Of a DNA stretch of 64,000 bases, positions 53,617-63,432 are shown piece after piece (position 1 is the first letter of the stretch; every line of letters starts with the position of its first letter). This stretch comes from Clostridia bacterium (GTDB lineage Bacteria > Bacillota > Clostridia > Oscillospirales > CAG-382), in assembly GCA_017399965.1 (NCBI GenBank), contig JAFQAP010000018.1:11546-75545 (forward strand), given 5' to 3'. Made by a program: the position numbers and the translations under genes. Below the pieces are notes generated by a model. It did no database searches and was not told the origin of the DNA. It was given only the letters and a program-made list of their open reading frames with translations.

Positions 53617-54258
53617 TTACTTTGTGCCGAAAAGTCTGTCGCCCGCATCGCCCAGGCCGGGAAGAATGTAGCCGTTTTCATTAAGGCATCTGTCCAGTGT
53701 GGAAACGTAAATATTTACGTCCGGATGAGCTTCCGCAACCTTGGAAACGCCCTCGGGTGCGCCGATTATAGCCATAAACTTAATATGCTTGCAGCCGTGC
53801 TTTTTGAGCAGATTGATTGCATCGCAAGCGCTGCCGCCGGTTGCCAGCATAGGGTCAACAAGCAGTACCAGCTTATCGTCTATATCCTTGGGAAGCTTGC
53901 AGTAATATTCGCAAGGCTCAAGAGTCTCTTCGTTGCGGTACATACCGATATGTCCCACACGGGCAGAGGGGAACAAAACGTGTATGCCGTTTACCATACC
54001 CAGTCCTGCGCGGAGAATGGGAACGATAACGATGGAATTATCCATTACTACCTGCTGTGTGCAGGTTTCCAGAGGGGTCTTAACCTCAACCTCGGTGGTG
54101 GGAACGCCGTCCTTAAGGCTTTCGTATGTCATAAGGGTGGTTATTTCCTCAACCAGTTCGCGGAATTCCTTCATACTGGTCTTCTCATCGCGGAGGATGG
54201 CTATTTTGTGTCTTATAAGTGGATGGTCGAAAATGACCACGTTATCATAATTTTTCAT
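53617..54258 (-). CDS. upp: uracil phosphoribosyltransferase
   Basis: 213 aa. 'LVDPMLATGGS' PRPP loop. 'ILRAGLGM'. Confidence 0.93.
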   Translation of the reverse strand: MKNYDNVVIFDHPLIRHKIAILRDEKTSMKEFRELVEEITTLMTYESLKDGVPTTEVEVKTPLETCTQQVVMDNSIVIVPILRAGLGMVNGIHVLFPSARVGHIGMYRNEETLEPCEYYCKLPKDIDDKLVLLVDPMLATGGSACDAINLLKKHGCKHIKFMAIIGAPEGVSKVAEAHPDVNIYVSTLDRCLNENGYILPGLGDAGDRLFGTK

Positions 54259-54260
54259 TA

Positions 54261-55664
54261 TTATTTCTCCGTTTTTTTGTTTTTGCCCAGCTTATTCAAA
54301 AGAATGTTGGTAACGATACCGAGAATAAGCGCGCAAGCAATGGTGGTAATAGTTACCTTGCCGAAGGAAACGCTGAGTCCGCCGATACCGGGAATGAGGA
54401 TAGAAGAAACCACAAAGAGGTTTGAACTTTCGTTAAGATCTACCTGCTGGATCATTTTAAGACCGGAAACAGCGATAAAGCCGTAAAGAGCCACGCAAAC
54501 GCCGCCCATTACACAGTTGGGAATAGAAGAAAGGAAGGTAACGAAGGGGCCGAAGAAGGAGATAACTATGCTCATAATTGCAGCGGTGGTAATGGTAACT
54601 ACCGATGCGTTACGGGTAATAGCTACACAGCCAACGGATTCACCGTAAGTAGTGTTGGGGCATCCGCCGAAAAAAGCGCCTGCCATGGAGCCGACACCGT
54701 CACCCAGCAATGTGCGGTGCAGACCGGGATTTTCAAGCAGATCTTGTCCGATAATAGAGGAAAGGTTCTTATGGTCTGCTATATGTTCTGCAAATACTAC
54801 GAAAGCAACGGGAACGTAAGCTACTGCGATAGTAGCGATAAAGGAGCCGTCAATATCCTTAACGCCCTTGAAGGCTTCAATAAACGTGAAATCGGGAATT
54901 GCAAAGATCTGCATATCCTTGAAAGCGGCAAAGTTGATGACCTGAAGTGCCACGTTGTCTGTTGCGATACCGATAACGGTGAAGACGGAAGCAACTACGT
55001 AACCGATGAGGATACCCAGCACAAAGGGAATAAGCTTTGCCATCTTTTTGCCGTAAACGGAAAGAGCAAAGATAGAGAACAAGGTAACAAGACCGCATAC
55101 CAAGGCAACGTAAGGGCTGCATCCGGAAACCATAGTGGTTTGTTCAACTATAGCGCCGTCCTGAATGACCTGCTCAACCTTTTCAACCATTACCTTGCCG
55201 GTGGTGAGATCGCCTACCGCATTAACAGCGAGAGAAAGACCGATAAGAGCGACGGTGGGGCCGATAACCACAGTGGGCATAAGCTTGTTTATCCAGGCAA
55301 CGCCTGCAAACTTAACGACGATTGCAATAGCCACGTAAACGAGACCTGCAAATACCGCACCGACAATAAGACCCGCATAGCCTGCGGAAGCGGAAGCGGC
55401 ACCGCCGAAAGCGGCAAGCATTGAGCCGATAAAGGCGAAAGAGGAGCCCAGAAATACAGGGCTGCGGAACTTGGTAAAGAGCTGATAAACGATTGTGCCG
55501 ACACCTGCGCCGAAGAGGGCGGCGGACTGGCTCATACCGTTACCGATAATGGCGGGAACCAGAATGGTGGCGGCGAGAATGGCAAGCACTTGCTGGAACG
55601 CAAAGATAAGCATGCTGCCGAATTTCGGTTTGTCGTGAATACCGTAGACAAGTTTGTTTTCCAT
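54261..55664 (-). CDS. uracil/xanthine permease (NCS2 family)
   Basis: 467 aa, about 14 TM segments. 2-nt gap to upp. AGGAAG RBS. Confidence 0.8.
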   Translation of the reverse strand: MENKLVYGIHDKPKFGSMLIFAFQQVLAILAATILVPAIIGNGMSQSAALFGAGVGTIVYQLFTKFRSPVFLGSSFAFIGSMLAAFGGAASASAGYAGLIVGAVFAGLVYVAIAIVVKFAGVAWINKLMPTVVIGPTVALIGLSLAVNAVGDLTTGKVMVEKVEQVIQDGAIVEQTTMVSGCSPYVALVCGLVTLFSIFALSVYGKKMAKLIPFVLGILIGYVVASVFTVIGIATDNVALQVINFAAFKDMQIFAIPDFTFIEAFKGVKDIDGSFIATIAVAYVPVAFVVFAEHIADHKNLSSIIGQDLLENPGLHRTLLGDGVGSMAGAFFGGCPNTTYGESVGCVAITRNASVVTITTAAIMSIVISFFGPFVTFLSSIPNCVMGGVCVALYGFIAVSGLKMIQQVDLNESSNLFVVSSILIPGIGGLSVSFGKVTITTIACALILGIVTNILLNKLGKNKKTEK

Positions 55665-55840
55665 AATCTTTTTTCTTCCTTTGAATTTATTTTACGCAGG
55701 ACTGTAAAGATATTTGCTGGTGATATTCTACCACAACATATACGCATTTGTAAACAATTTATTACAAATTTCTTCAAAATATAGTAAAAACGGCATTTTG
55801 CACATAAACACCCAAACTTTTGTTTTTCAGGCAGATACAT

Positions 55841-55878
55841 AAAAAAATACTCCGCTTTTAACTGCGGAGCATTTTTTA
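55841..55878. terminator. bidirectional rho-independent terminator
   Basis: A7-TA-CTCCGC (55850-55855) ... GCGGAG (55864-55869) -CATTTTTT. Confidence 0.8.
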
Positions 55879-55888
55879 TAAAACGCGC

Positions 55889-56005
55889 TTACTTGTTTTT
55901 GTTATCTTTGTTCTGCTTGTTGTTCTGGTTCTTATTGTTTTCGCTGTTCTGGTTGTTATTCTGGTTCTTGTTGTTCTGGCTCTTGTTGTTCTGGTTGTAA
56001 TCCAT
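55889..56005 (-). CDS. 38-aa Asn/Gln/Lys-rich small protein (not in the supplied ORF track)
   Basis: Translation: MDYNQNNKSQNNKNQNNNQNSENNKNQNNKQNKDNKNK. GGGGGTG RBS 7 nt upstream. Terminator begins 10 nt after the stop. Confidence 0.6.
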   Translation of the reverse strand: MDYNQNNKSQNNKNQNNNQNSENNKNQNNKQNKDNKNK

Positions 56006-56084
56006 ATTTTTCACCCCCTTGATAAATGCTCGGGAATAGTTTTACCTGATTAAGCAAAGACTATTCGTAAAGGAGGCAAAACAT

Positions 56085-57224
56085 ATGCTTTTAATTAAAA
56101 ACGGCACTATTTATACTATGGAAAGCAAATTCCCCGTAAAAGCGGACCTGCTAATAAAAAACGGAATTATTGAAAAAATAAGCGAAAATATATCCCCCGA
56201 CGAAAATATGCGGGTGTTGGATGCGGCAAACCTGCGGATATACCCGGGATTTATAGATGCCCACAGCCATTTGGGCATTGCGGAGGAAAAGAGCACAGCA
56301 TTAAACGACGAAAGCAACGAAGGCACTACCCCCGTTACCCCGTGGATACGGGGAATTGACGGAATAAACCCTATGGACAGCGCGTTTCACAATGCGTTGG
56401 CTGTAGGTATAACGGGGGTAATGGCAGGACCCGGAAGCGCAAACCCCGTGGGCGGTCAGTTTGGATTTATAAAAACCGCGGGCAGATGTATTGATGAAAT
56501 GATAGTTCTGTTTCCCGCCGCTATAAAGGTGGCGCTGGGAGAAAACCCTATGAACAACTACGGATCCAACGGAAATACCCCCTCCACCCGAATGGGAACC
56601 GCCGCCGTGATACGGGAAGAGCTTTTTAACGCAAAAAACTATTTGGAAAAAAACGGTGAAAAAGACTTCAGATACGAATGCTACCGTCCGCTTTTTGAAG
56701 GCAAAATACCTCTCAAAGCCCACGTTCACCGTGCGGACGATATACTGACGGTAATACGTATAGCAAAGGAATTCGGAATTTCCGTAACCTTGGACCACTG
56801 CACCGAAGGACATCTTATTGCAAAAGAGATAGCCGCATCCGGCTTCCCCGCAATCGTGGGTCCCTCCCTTGCATCCCGAAACAAAAAAGAGGTAAGCCAG
56901 TTGGATTTTAAGACTTCGGGAGTTTTGCGCAAGCATGGCGTTACCGTGGCAATAACCACAGACCACCCCGTATCCCGTATACAATACCTTCCCCTTTGCG
57001 CCGCATTGGCGGCAAAGGAGGGACTGAGCGAATATGACGCTTTGCGGGCAATAACCATTGACGCCGCGAAAATATGCCGTGTGGACCACCGCTTGGGCAG
57101 TATAAAAACGGGCAAGGACGGAGATTTGGCGATATATGACGGAAATCCATTTGATGTTTTTTCAAGAGTGCGGTATACAATAATAAACGGAAAAATAGTT
57201 TGGCCTGCGGCAAATCCAAACTGA
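56085..57224 (+). CDS. metal-dependent amidohydrolase
   Basis: 'PGFIDAHSHLGI' and 'TTDHP'. AAGGAGG RBS. Confidence 0.82.
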   Translation: MLLIKNGTIYTMESKFPVKADLLIKNGIIEKISENISPDENMRVLDAANLRIYPGFIDAHSHLGIAEEKSTALNDESNEGTTPVTPWIRGIDGINPMDSAFHNALAVGITGVMAGPGSANPVGGQFGFIKTAGRCIDEMIVLFPAAIKVALGENPMNNYGSNGNTPSTRMGTAAVIREELFNAKNYLEKNGEKDFRYECYRPLFEGKIPLKAHVHRADDILTVIRIAKEFGISVTLDHCTEGHLIAKEIAASGFPAIVGPSLASRNKKEVSQLDFKTSGVLRKHGVTVAITTDHPVSRIQYLPLCAALAAKEGLSEYDALRAITIDAAKICRVDHRLGSIKTGKDGDLAIYDGNPFDVFSRVRYTIINGKIVWPAANPN

Positions 57225-57232
57225 AAAAATAT

Positions 57233-57257
57233 AGACGGCGGTGAAAAACCGCCGTCT
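57233..57257. terminator. terminator hairpin between convergent genes
   Basis: AGACGGCGG-tgaaaaa-CCGCCGTCT. The T-run is on the minus-strand side. Confidence 0.6.
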
Positions 57258-57264
57258 GCGCATA

Positions 57265-58680
57265 TTATTTTGTGTATTTGATTTCGTATTCGTAAACAAG
57301 CATTTTATCGGATTGCACGTTATAAAAGATAACAAGAATATCGTAATATCCGCTTTTTTCGGGCGGAGTATTTATCTCCCCCGTGTCGGTATTGCACATG
57401 AGCAAATAGTTATAGACAAATTCATCGTCTAAAATTATCAATTCTTCCAAATCGGAAGGAATCTCCTTCATCCAGCGGCTGTCGTGAATCAAGGTTTTTT
57501 CAAATTTATTCGATTTATCACCATAAAGCTCGAAAGTGATAAATTGATAAAAAATGCCGTTTTCAAACTGTCCGCCCTCATCACCGTATGAGCTTAACTC
57601 TGCAGCTTTGTATTCAGGAACAGCAATACCCGTATGTTCCTCGATTTTCCGTATGCATTTTTCAAAATCACTCGATTCATTAACCTCGAAAGAGCATGAC
57701 CCGAATGTGAGTAAGATAACAGAAACTATTATTCCCGAAACGATATTTTTTGTGTATCTGCCAACCGTACGTTTCGTGCTGAACCCGAAATATACAGAAA
57801 AAACAGGTATGGGCAAAAACAAATAGAATATCCAAAACGGAGTTGTGTCAAAATCAATAACATCCGGAAGTTTAATTATACACGCCACCCCGACTAAAAC
57901 GGATAACAAAGTAAAAACAAACAGCAGCAGCGAATACAGCTTTAACTTGCGTTTTTTAGGTACGCAATCTTTGATATCAAGCTTTGAATAAATCAAAGAA
58001 TCTTCTTTCAGATCCGATTTACGGAATATTAACATTCCATTTTTGCAAATTGCGGTAATCAAGTTTCCCGTATCCTTTGCGTGGGATAAATTGCTAAAAG
58101 CGTACTTGTTCAAACTATTAAATTTTCCGTCTATGTACAAGCGTAATTCCACATAGTCATCATATACCCTGACAATCCTGCTATATTTAAGTGCATCATT
58201 CACTAAATTATATGATTGTTTTTTAACTTTACGAAGGCTGATCAAGGTGGAAATAACAGACACGGCAAAACAACCTACACAAACATATAATGGCCATCCG
58301 GTTGCATCAATAGCAAGCGCGACTATCATTAATATAAACATAAATAACGGGTAATATATTAACCGATTATATCGTGTGTATGCTGCGAGAGCATCTTTGT
58401 ATTCTTGTTCGCTATAATCAAAGTTGTATTCTTCAATCGGCGCTTCCTCTGCATCGACAGAAGAATGGTCAGCAGGTACGGCGGCTTCAACTCCCAAAAG
58501 TTCATCTACGGATATTCCGAATATTTCCTTTAAGCGAGTAAGATTATCTATTGAAGGAAGTGTCTGGTCTTTTTCCCAAAGACTTACGGTCTGACGGCTG
58601 ACCAACAGCTTTTGTCCCAATTCTTCTTGCGAAAGACCCAACGCTTTTCTGCATTGCTGAATTTTGTTTCCCAAAGTCAT
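57265..58680 (-). CDS. XRE-family HTH protein with multiple TM segments and a C-terminal extracytoplasmic domain
   Basis: 'GNKIQQCRKALGLSQEELGQKLLVSRQTVSLWEKDQTLPS' followed by at least 6 TM segments. Confidence 0.78.
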   Translation of the reverse strand: MTLGNKIQQCRKALGLSQEELGQKLLVSRQTVSLWEKDQTLPSIDNLTRLKEIFGISVDELLGVEAAVPADHSSVDAEEAPIEEYNFDYSEQEYKDALAAYTRYNRLIYYPLFMFILMIVALAIDATGWPLYVCVGCFAVSVISTLISLRKVKKQSYNLVNDALKYSRIVRVYDDYVELRLYIDGKFNSLNKYAFSNLSHAKDTGNLITAICKNGMLIFRKSDLKEDSLIYSKLDIKDCVPKKRKLKLYSLLLFVFTLLSVLVGVACIIKLPDVIDFDTTPFWIFYLFLPIPVFSVYFGFSTKRTVGRYTKNIVSGIIVSVILLTFGSCSFEVNESSDFEKCIRKIEEHTGIAVPEYKAAELSSYGDEGGQFENGIFYQFITFELYGDKSNKFEKTLIHDSRWMKEIPSDLEELIILDDEFVYNYLLMCNTDTGEINTPPEKSGYYDILVIFYNVQSDKMLVYEYEIKYTK

Positions 58681-58799
58681 TGTTTTCGCCTCCTTTTTCT
58701 GTTTTTATTATAACATACGCAGGGTGAATTTCAAGCATATTCTTTTCGTCATTTGTCAAGCATTACTTGACAACACCAAAAAATAACCGAATTATACTG

Positions 58800-58833
58800 T
58801 TAAAAACTGCCCGTATTTTTAGGTACGGGCAGC
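58800..58833 (-). terminator. rho-independent terminator of the beta-galactosidase gene
   Basis: CTGCCCGTA (58807-58815) / TACGGGCAG (58824-58832). The minus-strand tail is TTTTTA. Confidence 0.8.
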
Positions 58834-58844
58834 TTTATTAAGCG

Positions 58845-61793
58845 TTATGTTTTGTATATTACAAACTCCAGAGTAATGGGTTTATCCGAAGGTATGCGGT
58901 ATTCGGAATGAACGGGGGCGCCCCAGGAATCGTCGCCTCCCACGCCCATCTGCTTTGCGGCGATACGCACCCAGGTGTATACGGGAACGGGAAGTTCGTG
59001 AAGATGAAGAGCGTGCTCCAATTCGTACGCGCTGTAAGGCAGTACGCTCATTTCAAAGGGAGCGTCCGTTTGGGTAAAGGAAAGCCCCTTTCCGTTTGAA
59101 TCGTACACGTTAAGGTATCTTACCCCTGTGCGGTTTCCGCATTCCTGGGGGTTAAGATAGCCGGAAAGATTTTCCGCCGCGGTGCTGTTGAATACACCCA
59201 GACGGGCGCCTTCCAAACGGTCGGAATAATTTTCCTGCGGTCCCATACCGTAATAAGTGAAATTACCGTACTCTTTTTTAAGACGCATATCCAAAGCAAA
59301 CACGGGAAGAATGGGCATATTCTCTGCCCCCGGATACTCTGCCCGCACCTTTAAGGAACCATCAAAAAATGCGGTATATATCACCTTATATTCAAAATAA
59401 GGGGTGGAGAACACAAAGGTGAATTTGTAGCGGTCCTCCCCCTCTTCTGCCGTAAATCTTGCGGGAAGGTGGGAAGCATAGCGGCTGCAAAGATTCCACA
59501 CAGCACTCTTGACGGGAGTGGCTGCGCCGTTATCGTTATCCGTAGGAGCGCGCCAAAAGCTTATTTTGGGTGCACGAACCATATATTCCGTGTCTCCGTA
59601 CACAAGGGAAACGATACCTCCCTGCCGTTTATCAAACAGCATTGAAAAACCTTTTCCGCAAACGCCCAGGCAGGAATTATCCTTTACAAGCGCGGGCTTT
59701 TCAAAAGCAGGAGAGATTCTTTTGCCCAAAACTGTAATTATCTCTTGTGCAAAGGCTGTTTCGTGTCCCTTTTGCGCCCACAAGCAATCCTCTTTCAAGA
59801 CCGCTGAAACGGTATACACGTATTCACCCGATTCCGCAGGAACAGTGATTTCCGCAGGACAGCTTAAGGTTTCGCCGGCAGGAACAGAAAGGGAAAACCG
59901 CCTTGATGCGATAATTTTTTCTTCCTTCGCCAGAGTAAGCAAGAACTCAAGGTGATCTGTATTTACAAACAGATTTTGGTTTTTAACGGTAACAACACCG
60001 TTTTTAATGCTTAATTTTACGTTGGAATACAAAGCCTTTGCTTCCTGCACCTTGGGTGAAGGCTTACGGTTGGCATAAACTATACCGTTGGTGCAAAAAC
60101 CGTAATCGGTAGCGCGGTCATCAAAATCGCCGCCGCACGCCAAGTTGCCGTCAAGATACAGTGCCTGATCTATATAATCCCATATAAATCCGCCCTGATA
60201 CGCAGGATACTTTTCTTCAAGTTCGGTATAATGCTTCATTCCGCCCAAGGAATTGCCCATAGCGTGCATATATTCACAGCTTATATAAGGCTTGCCCGTG
60301 TTGTTCTTAAGATATTCCTCTATTTCGTGCGGTTTTGCGTACATACGGCTTTCCATATCCGTAATATGATCGTATTTGCGGTTTACGCACACACCCTCGT
60401 AATGCACCAAGCGCGTGCTGTCAGCTTTATGGAAAAATTCCGACATATGCGCAATATTATCTCCGCAATGGGATTCATTACCGCAGGACCATATAAGCAC
60501 GGAAGGGTGGTTTTTGTCCCTCTCGTACATAGACACAGCTCTGTCCAGCACAGCGTTTTTCCAATGTGGCTGTGAACCTGGAACGGCGTATTTTGAGCCG
60601 TCCATATTCGCCCAGGTTCCGTGGGTCTCAAGGTTGGCTTCGTCTATAAGATAAATTCCGCATTCATCGCAAAGCTCGTACCAATAGCTGTTGTTGGGAT
60701 AATGACTGGTGCGTACGGCGTTTATATTGTTTTGCTTTAAAAAGCGTATATCCCAAAGCATATCCTCTTTGGAAATTACTCTGCCCGTATGGGGATTGAA
60801 TTCGTGACGGTCTACCCCTTTGAAAACTATCCGCTTTCCGTTAAGGCACATAAGACCGTCTTTTAATTCAAAGGTACGGAAACCTACCTTAACAACAGAG
60901 GTTTCGGTAACGCCTGTGTTTTTGGCACAAACGGTTACGGTAAGAGTATAAAGATTTGGTTCTTCCGCACTCCAAGGCAAAATGGGATCCAATATTACGT
61001 TTTTCGGAGCCGAAGAACAAGTGTAAACCGTATTTGAACGAGAATCGGTAAGGGTATATAAAACCTCGTATTCTCCGTCCGAAACAATATCTGCGGTTAC
61101 GGAAAGAATACCTTTTTTGTTTATATGATCGTAATCTGCCAAAGCACTGATATCCCTTAAATGCGCTTTGGGAACGGAATACAAGTATACATCCCTGAAA
61201 ATGCCCGAAAAACGCCAGAAATCCTGATCCTCCAGCCAGCTTGCGGTGCTGAAACGGTATACCTCCACGGCAAGACGGTTGTTTTTTTCACGGATATACG
61301 GTGTAATATCGAACTCCGAGGGAGTAAAGCTATCCTCGCTGTAGCCGATAAAATGTCCGTTAAGCCAAACGTAAAATGCGGTTTCCACCCCTTGAAAGGA
61401 TATGTACGTTCTTTCAAAGGAGGTGTCTTTTTCAAAATCAAAACATTTTACGTAGGAGCCTACGGGATTAAATTCCTTCGGTATCTGCGGAGGAACAAGA
61501 GATTCTCTTCCCTCCCAGGGATATGCAACATTCGTATACTGAGGCCTTCCGTAGCCTTGAAGCTGAATATGACCGGGCACGGTAATATCTACCCAAGGAT
61601 CCGTGCAAAAATCCTCTTTATAAAAGTCTTTCGGGCGGTTTTCCGGTTTTTCCGTATATGCAAACTTCCACCCGCCGTTGAGGTACTGACGGGAAGACAC
61701 GCCGTTTACCGTAAAAGCGTGGTCGGAATGGGCTTTTTCTCTGTTAACTTCAAATATTTGCGGGTCTTCAAGCCAAAAAAGTTCGGGCTTCAT
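58845..61793 (-). CDS. lacZ: GH2 beta-galactosidase
   Basis: 982 aa. 'HPSVLIWSCGNESH' (acid/base Glu) and 'ISCEYMHAMGNSLGG' (nucleophile Glu). Confidence 0.92.
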   Translation of the reverse strand: MKPELFWLEDPQIFEVNREKAHSDHAFTVNGVSSRQYLNGGWKFAYTEKPENRPKDFYKEDFCTDPWVDITVPGHIQLQGYGRPQYTNVAYPWEGRESLVPPQIPKEFNPVGSYVKCFDFEKDTSFERTYISFQGVETAFYVWLNGHFIGYSEDSFTPSEFDITPYIREKNNRLAVEVYRFSTASWLEDQDFWRFSGIFRDVYLYSVPKAHLRDISALADYDHINKKGILSVTADIVSDGEYEVLYTLTDSRSNTVYTCSSAPKNVILDPILPWSAEEPNLYTLTVTVCAKNTGVTETSVVKVGFRTFELKDGLMCLNGKRIVFKGVDRHEFNPHTGRVISKEDMLWDIRFLKQNNINAVRTSHYPNNSYWYELCDECGIYLIDEANLETHGTWANMDGSKYAVPGSQPHWKNAVLDRAVSMYERDKNHPSVLIWSCGNESHCGDNIAHMSEFFHKADSTRLVHYEGVCVNRKYDHITDMESRMYAKPHEIEEYLKNNTGKPYISCEYMHAMGNSLGGMKHYTELEEKYPAYQGGFIWDYIDQALYLDGNLACGGDFDDRATDYGFCTNGIVYANRKPSPKVQEAKALYSNVKLSIKNGVVTVKNQNLFVNTDHLEFLLTLAKEEKIIASRRFSLSVPAGETLSCPAEITVPAESGEYVYTVSAVLKEDCLWAQKGHETAFAQEIITVLGKRISPAFEKPALVKDNSCLGVCGKGFSMLFDKRQGGIVSLVYGDTEYMVRAPKISFWRAPTDNDNGAATPVKSAVWNLCSRYASHLPARFTAEEGEDRYKFTFVFSTPYFEYKVIYTAFFDGSLKVRAEYPGAENMPILPVFALDMRLKKEYGNFTYYGMGPQENYSDRLEGARLGVFNSTAAENLSGYLNPQECGNRTGVRYLNVYDSNGKGLSFTQTDAPFEMSVLPYSAYELEHALHLHELPVPVYTWVRIAAKQMGVGGDDSWGAPVHSEYRIPSDKPITLEFVIYKT

Positions 61794-61826
61794 AAGTATA
61801 TCTCCTGCAATTCAAATATGTGGGCA

Positions 61827-63350
61827 TTATTTGCGGTATACGCCGATCTTGAGAGATTCCAATTCTTCATCTCTGCAGTTGCCTGCGGCAAAGAATGCCA
61901 CGCCCTTTGCCCCTGCTCTGCGGCAAGCCTCCACCTGCTTGGTGGTTTCTATAACGGGAAGCTTGGTATACATAGGTGCAATACCCGAAATATTTGGAAC
62001 GCTTGCGTATTTTTGCACCATTGCGGCGACTTCTTTTTCCACCTCGCAGGCATCGCTGTAATACGCCATAGGATATATAGCATCCAGCCAGCCCTGCTCG
62101 ATCCAGTTCTGCCAATCCTGACATTTGCTGTAAAGCGCCGCCTTGGGATCGCCGAAAACGGCGGTGGAAAGGCATACCTCTCTGCCTGCTTTTTTATATT
62201 CATCCACAAGAGTGCGGACAGACTGCACGTATTCGGTTACGTGGCTTGCGCACCAACGCACAAAGGTCTTCCATTCCTCATCGTCTGTGGATTCTATGTT
62301 TCTTATATCTGTTCCCGTTTCCGCAAGGAAGGTGTTTACGGTGTATTCGTCAAATCCTGCGGCGCGGTCGATGCCGTGAATGAGAGGATAGCGGATATAA
62401 TCAAGCTGAAGTCCGTCGAAATCGTATTTATCAAGTATATCCTTACAGCAGGAAAGCAAAAATTCCTTTACCTCCTGCATTGCGGGATTGAGAAAATAAA
62501 AGGTATCGTAAGCATCGTGGAACAAACCGCCGTCCTTGCGCTTTGCCATCCATTCGGGGTGAGCGTCCGCAACGGCGCAGGGAGAGCCTTTTGAACCGAA
62601 GAAATAATCTTCGAACCAAGCGTGAACCTGCATTCCGTACTTTTTGCCGTTGCGGATATAGGATTCGATAACGTCAAAACCGTTTTCGTATTCCTTTTGG
62701 GGAGGGAGCAGCTTGTTTACGCAACGCAAAGCGTTTGCACATCCGCCGTAATTGGTTTCCACAAGGATCAAGTTTATACCCGCATCCGCAAGACGGGCAA
62801 CGGCGCGCTCTACCTCTTCGTCGCTCTTTTCGTAAGGACGGAGCCAGGCGCCTCTCACTTCATTCTGTGCGGGAGATGCGGTGTAATAATATGCCTGTGT
62901 GGTCAAGGCATCCACCTTTTCGTACTCTCCGTTTTCCAAAGCCTTTTCCGCATCCGAAACAAGGGCGTTAACACGGGAAATATCGTATTCGGTTTTGTTT
63001 TTTTCCAATTCGCAGACACGGTTTTTAATAGTTTCTATTTTTGCACCTGCGGAAGCGTTCATTGCAGCAGCGTCTTTTTCTATAACCAGCACGTTTCCTT
63101 CCTCAATGGTCACCATTGCGCCGATACATATTTCCTTTGCCAGAAGTGCGGCGATTTTACCGTGGCCGGAAACCACGTATCCCCCTTGAGGAATAAGGTT
63201 ATCGTTGCCGCCACACAAAACAGCACGTCCGTCCTTTATGCAGGCTTCCCAGCCGAATTTATTGGTGGCGGTCCTTTCGCCTTTATCGTATACAACAAGC
63301 TCGTCTGCGCCGCGGGCACCGCCGAAATGAGAAATGTTTATCTTAACCAT
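61827..63350 (-). CDS. glycoside-hydrolase-like GHL10 (DUF187/YngK-like) protein with an N-terminal extra domain
   Basis: 'VRGAWLRPYEKSDEEVERAVARLADAGINLILVETNYGG' and 'DGLQLDYIRYP'. Confidence 0.6.
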   Translation of the reverse strand: MVKINISHFGGARGADELVVYDKGERTATNKFGWEACIKDGRAVLCGGNDNLIPQGGYVVSGHGKIAALLAKEICIGAMVTIEEGNVLVIEKDAAAMNASAGAKIETIKNRVCELEKNKTEYDISRVNALVSDAEKALENGEYEKVDALTTQAYYYTASPAQNEVRGAWLRPYEKSDEEVERAVARLADAGINLILVETNYGGCANALRCVNKLLPPQKEYENGFDVIESYIRNGKKYGMQVHAWFEDYFFGSKGSPCAVADAHPEWMAKRKDGGLFHDAYDTFYFLNPAMQEVKEFLLSCCKDILDKYDFDGLQLDYIRYPLIHGIDRAAGFDEYTVNTFLAETGTDIRNIESTDDEEWKTFVRWCASHVTEYVQSVRTLVDEYKKAGREVCLSTAVFGDPKAALYSKCQDWQNWIEQGWLDAIYPMAYYSDACEVEKEVAAMVQKYASVPNISGIAPMYTKLPVIETTKQVEACRRAGAKGVAFFAAGNCRDEELESLKIGVYRK

Positions 63351-63432
63351 AATACGCTCCTTTTTGTTTGAAAATGCTTTTGTTTATTTTAACATAAAGC
63401 ATTTTTATTTTCAATGAAAAACAACTATTTCA

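Noticed and set aside
55665-55840. Possible PyrR-binding attenuator or riboswitch, and the 102-aa ORF 55532-55840, in the leader of the uracil permease-upp operon.
   Set aside because: A promoter-like TTTACA-18-TAGAAT and a small UUUAC/GUAAA hairpin are present. However, I could not find the PyrR consensus (UCCAGAGAGG) or any terminator/antiterminator pair. The ORF overlaps the permease start out of frame.
61161-62594. 477-aa plus-strand ORF spanning the lacZ / GHL10 boundary.
   Set aside because: It is antisense to two genes that carry clear catalytic motifs and it crosses their intergenic gap. Its composition is typical of shadow ORFs. The same reasoning applies to 62622-63371, 56301-57089, 53725-54486, 54717-55424, 52907-53467, 31222-32046, 26761-27399, 23735-24265, 44646-45194, 45207-45767, 46223-46741, 42756-43403, 2492-3088 and 3125-3823.
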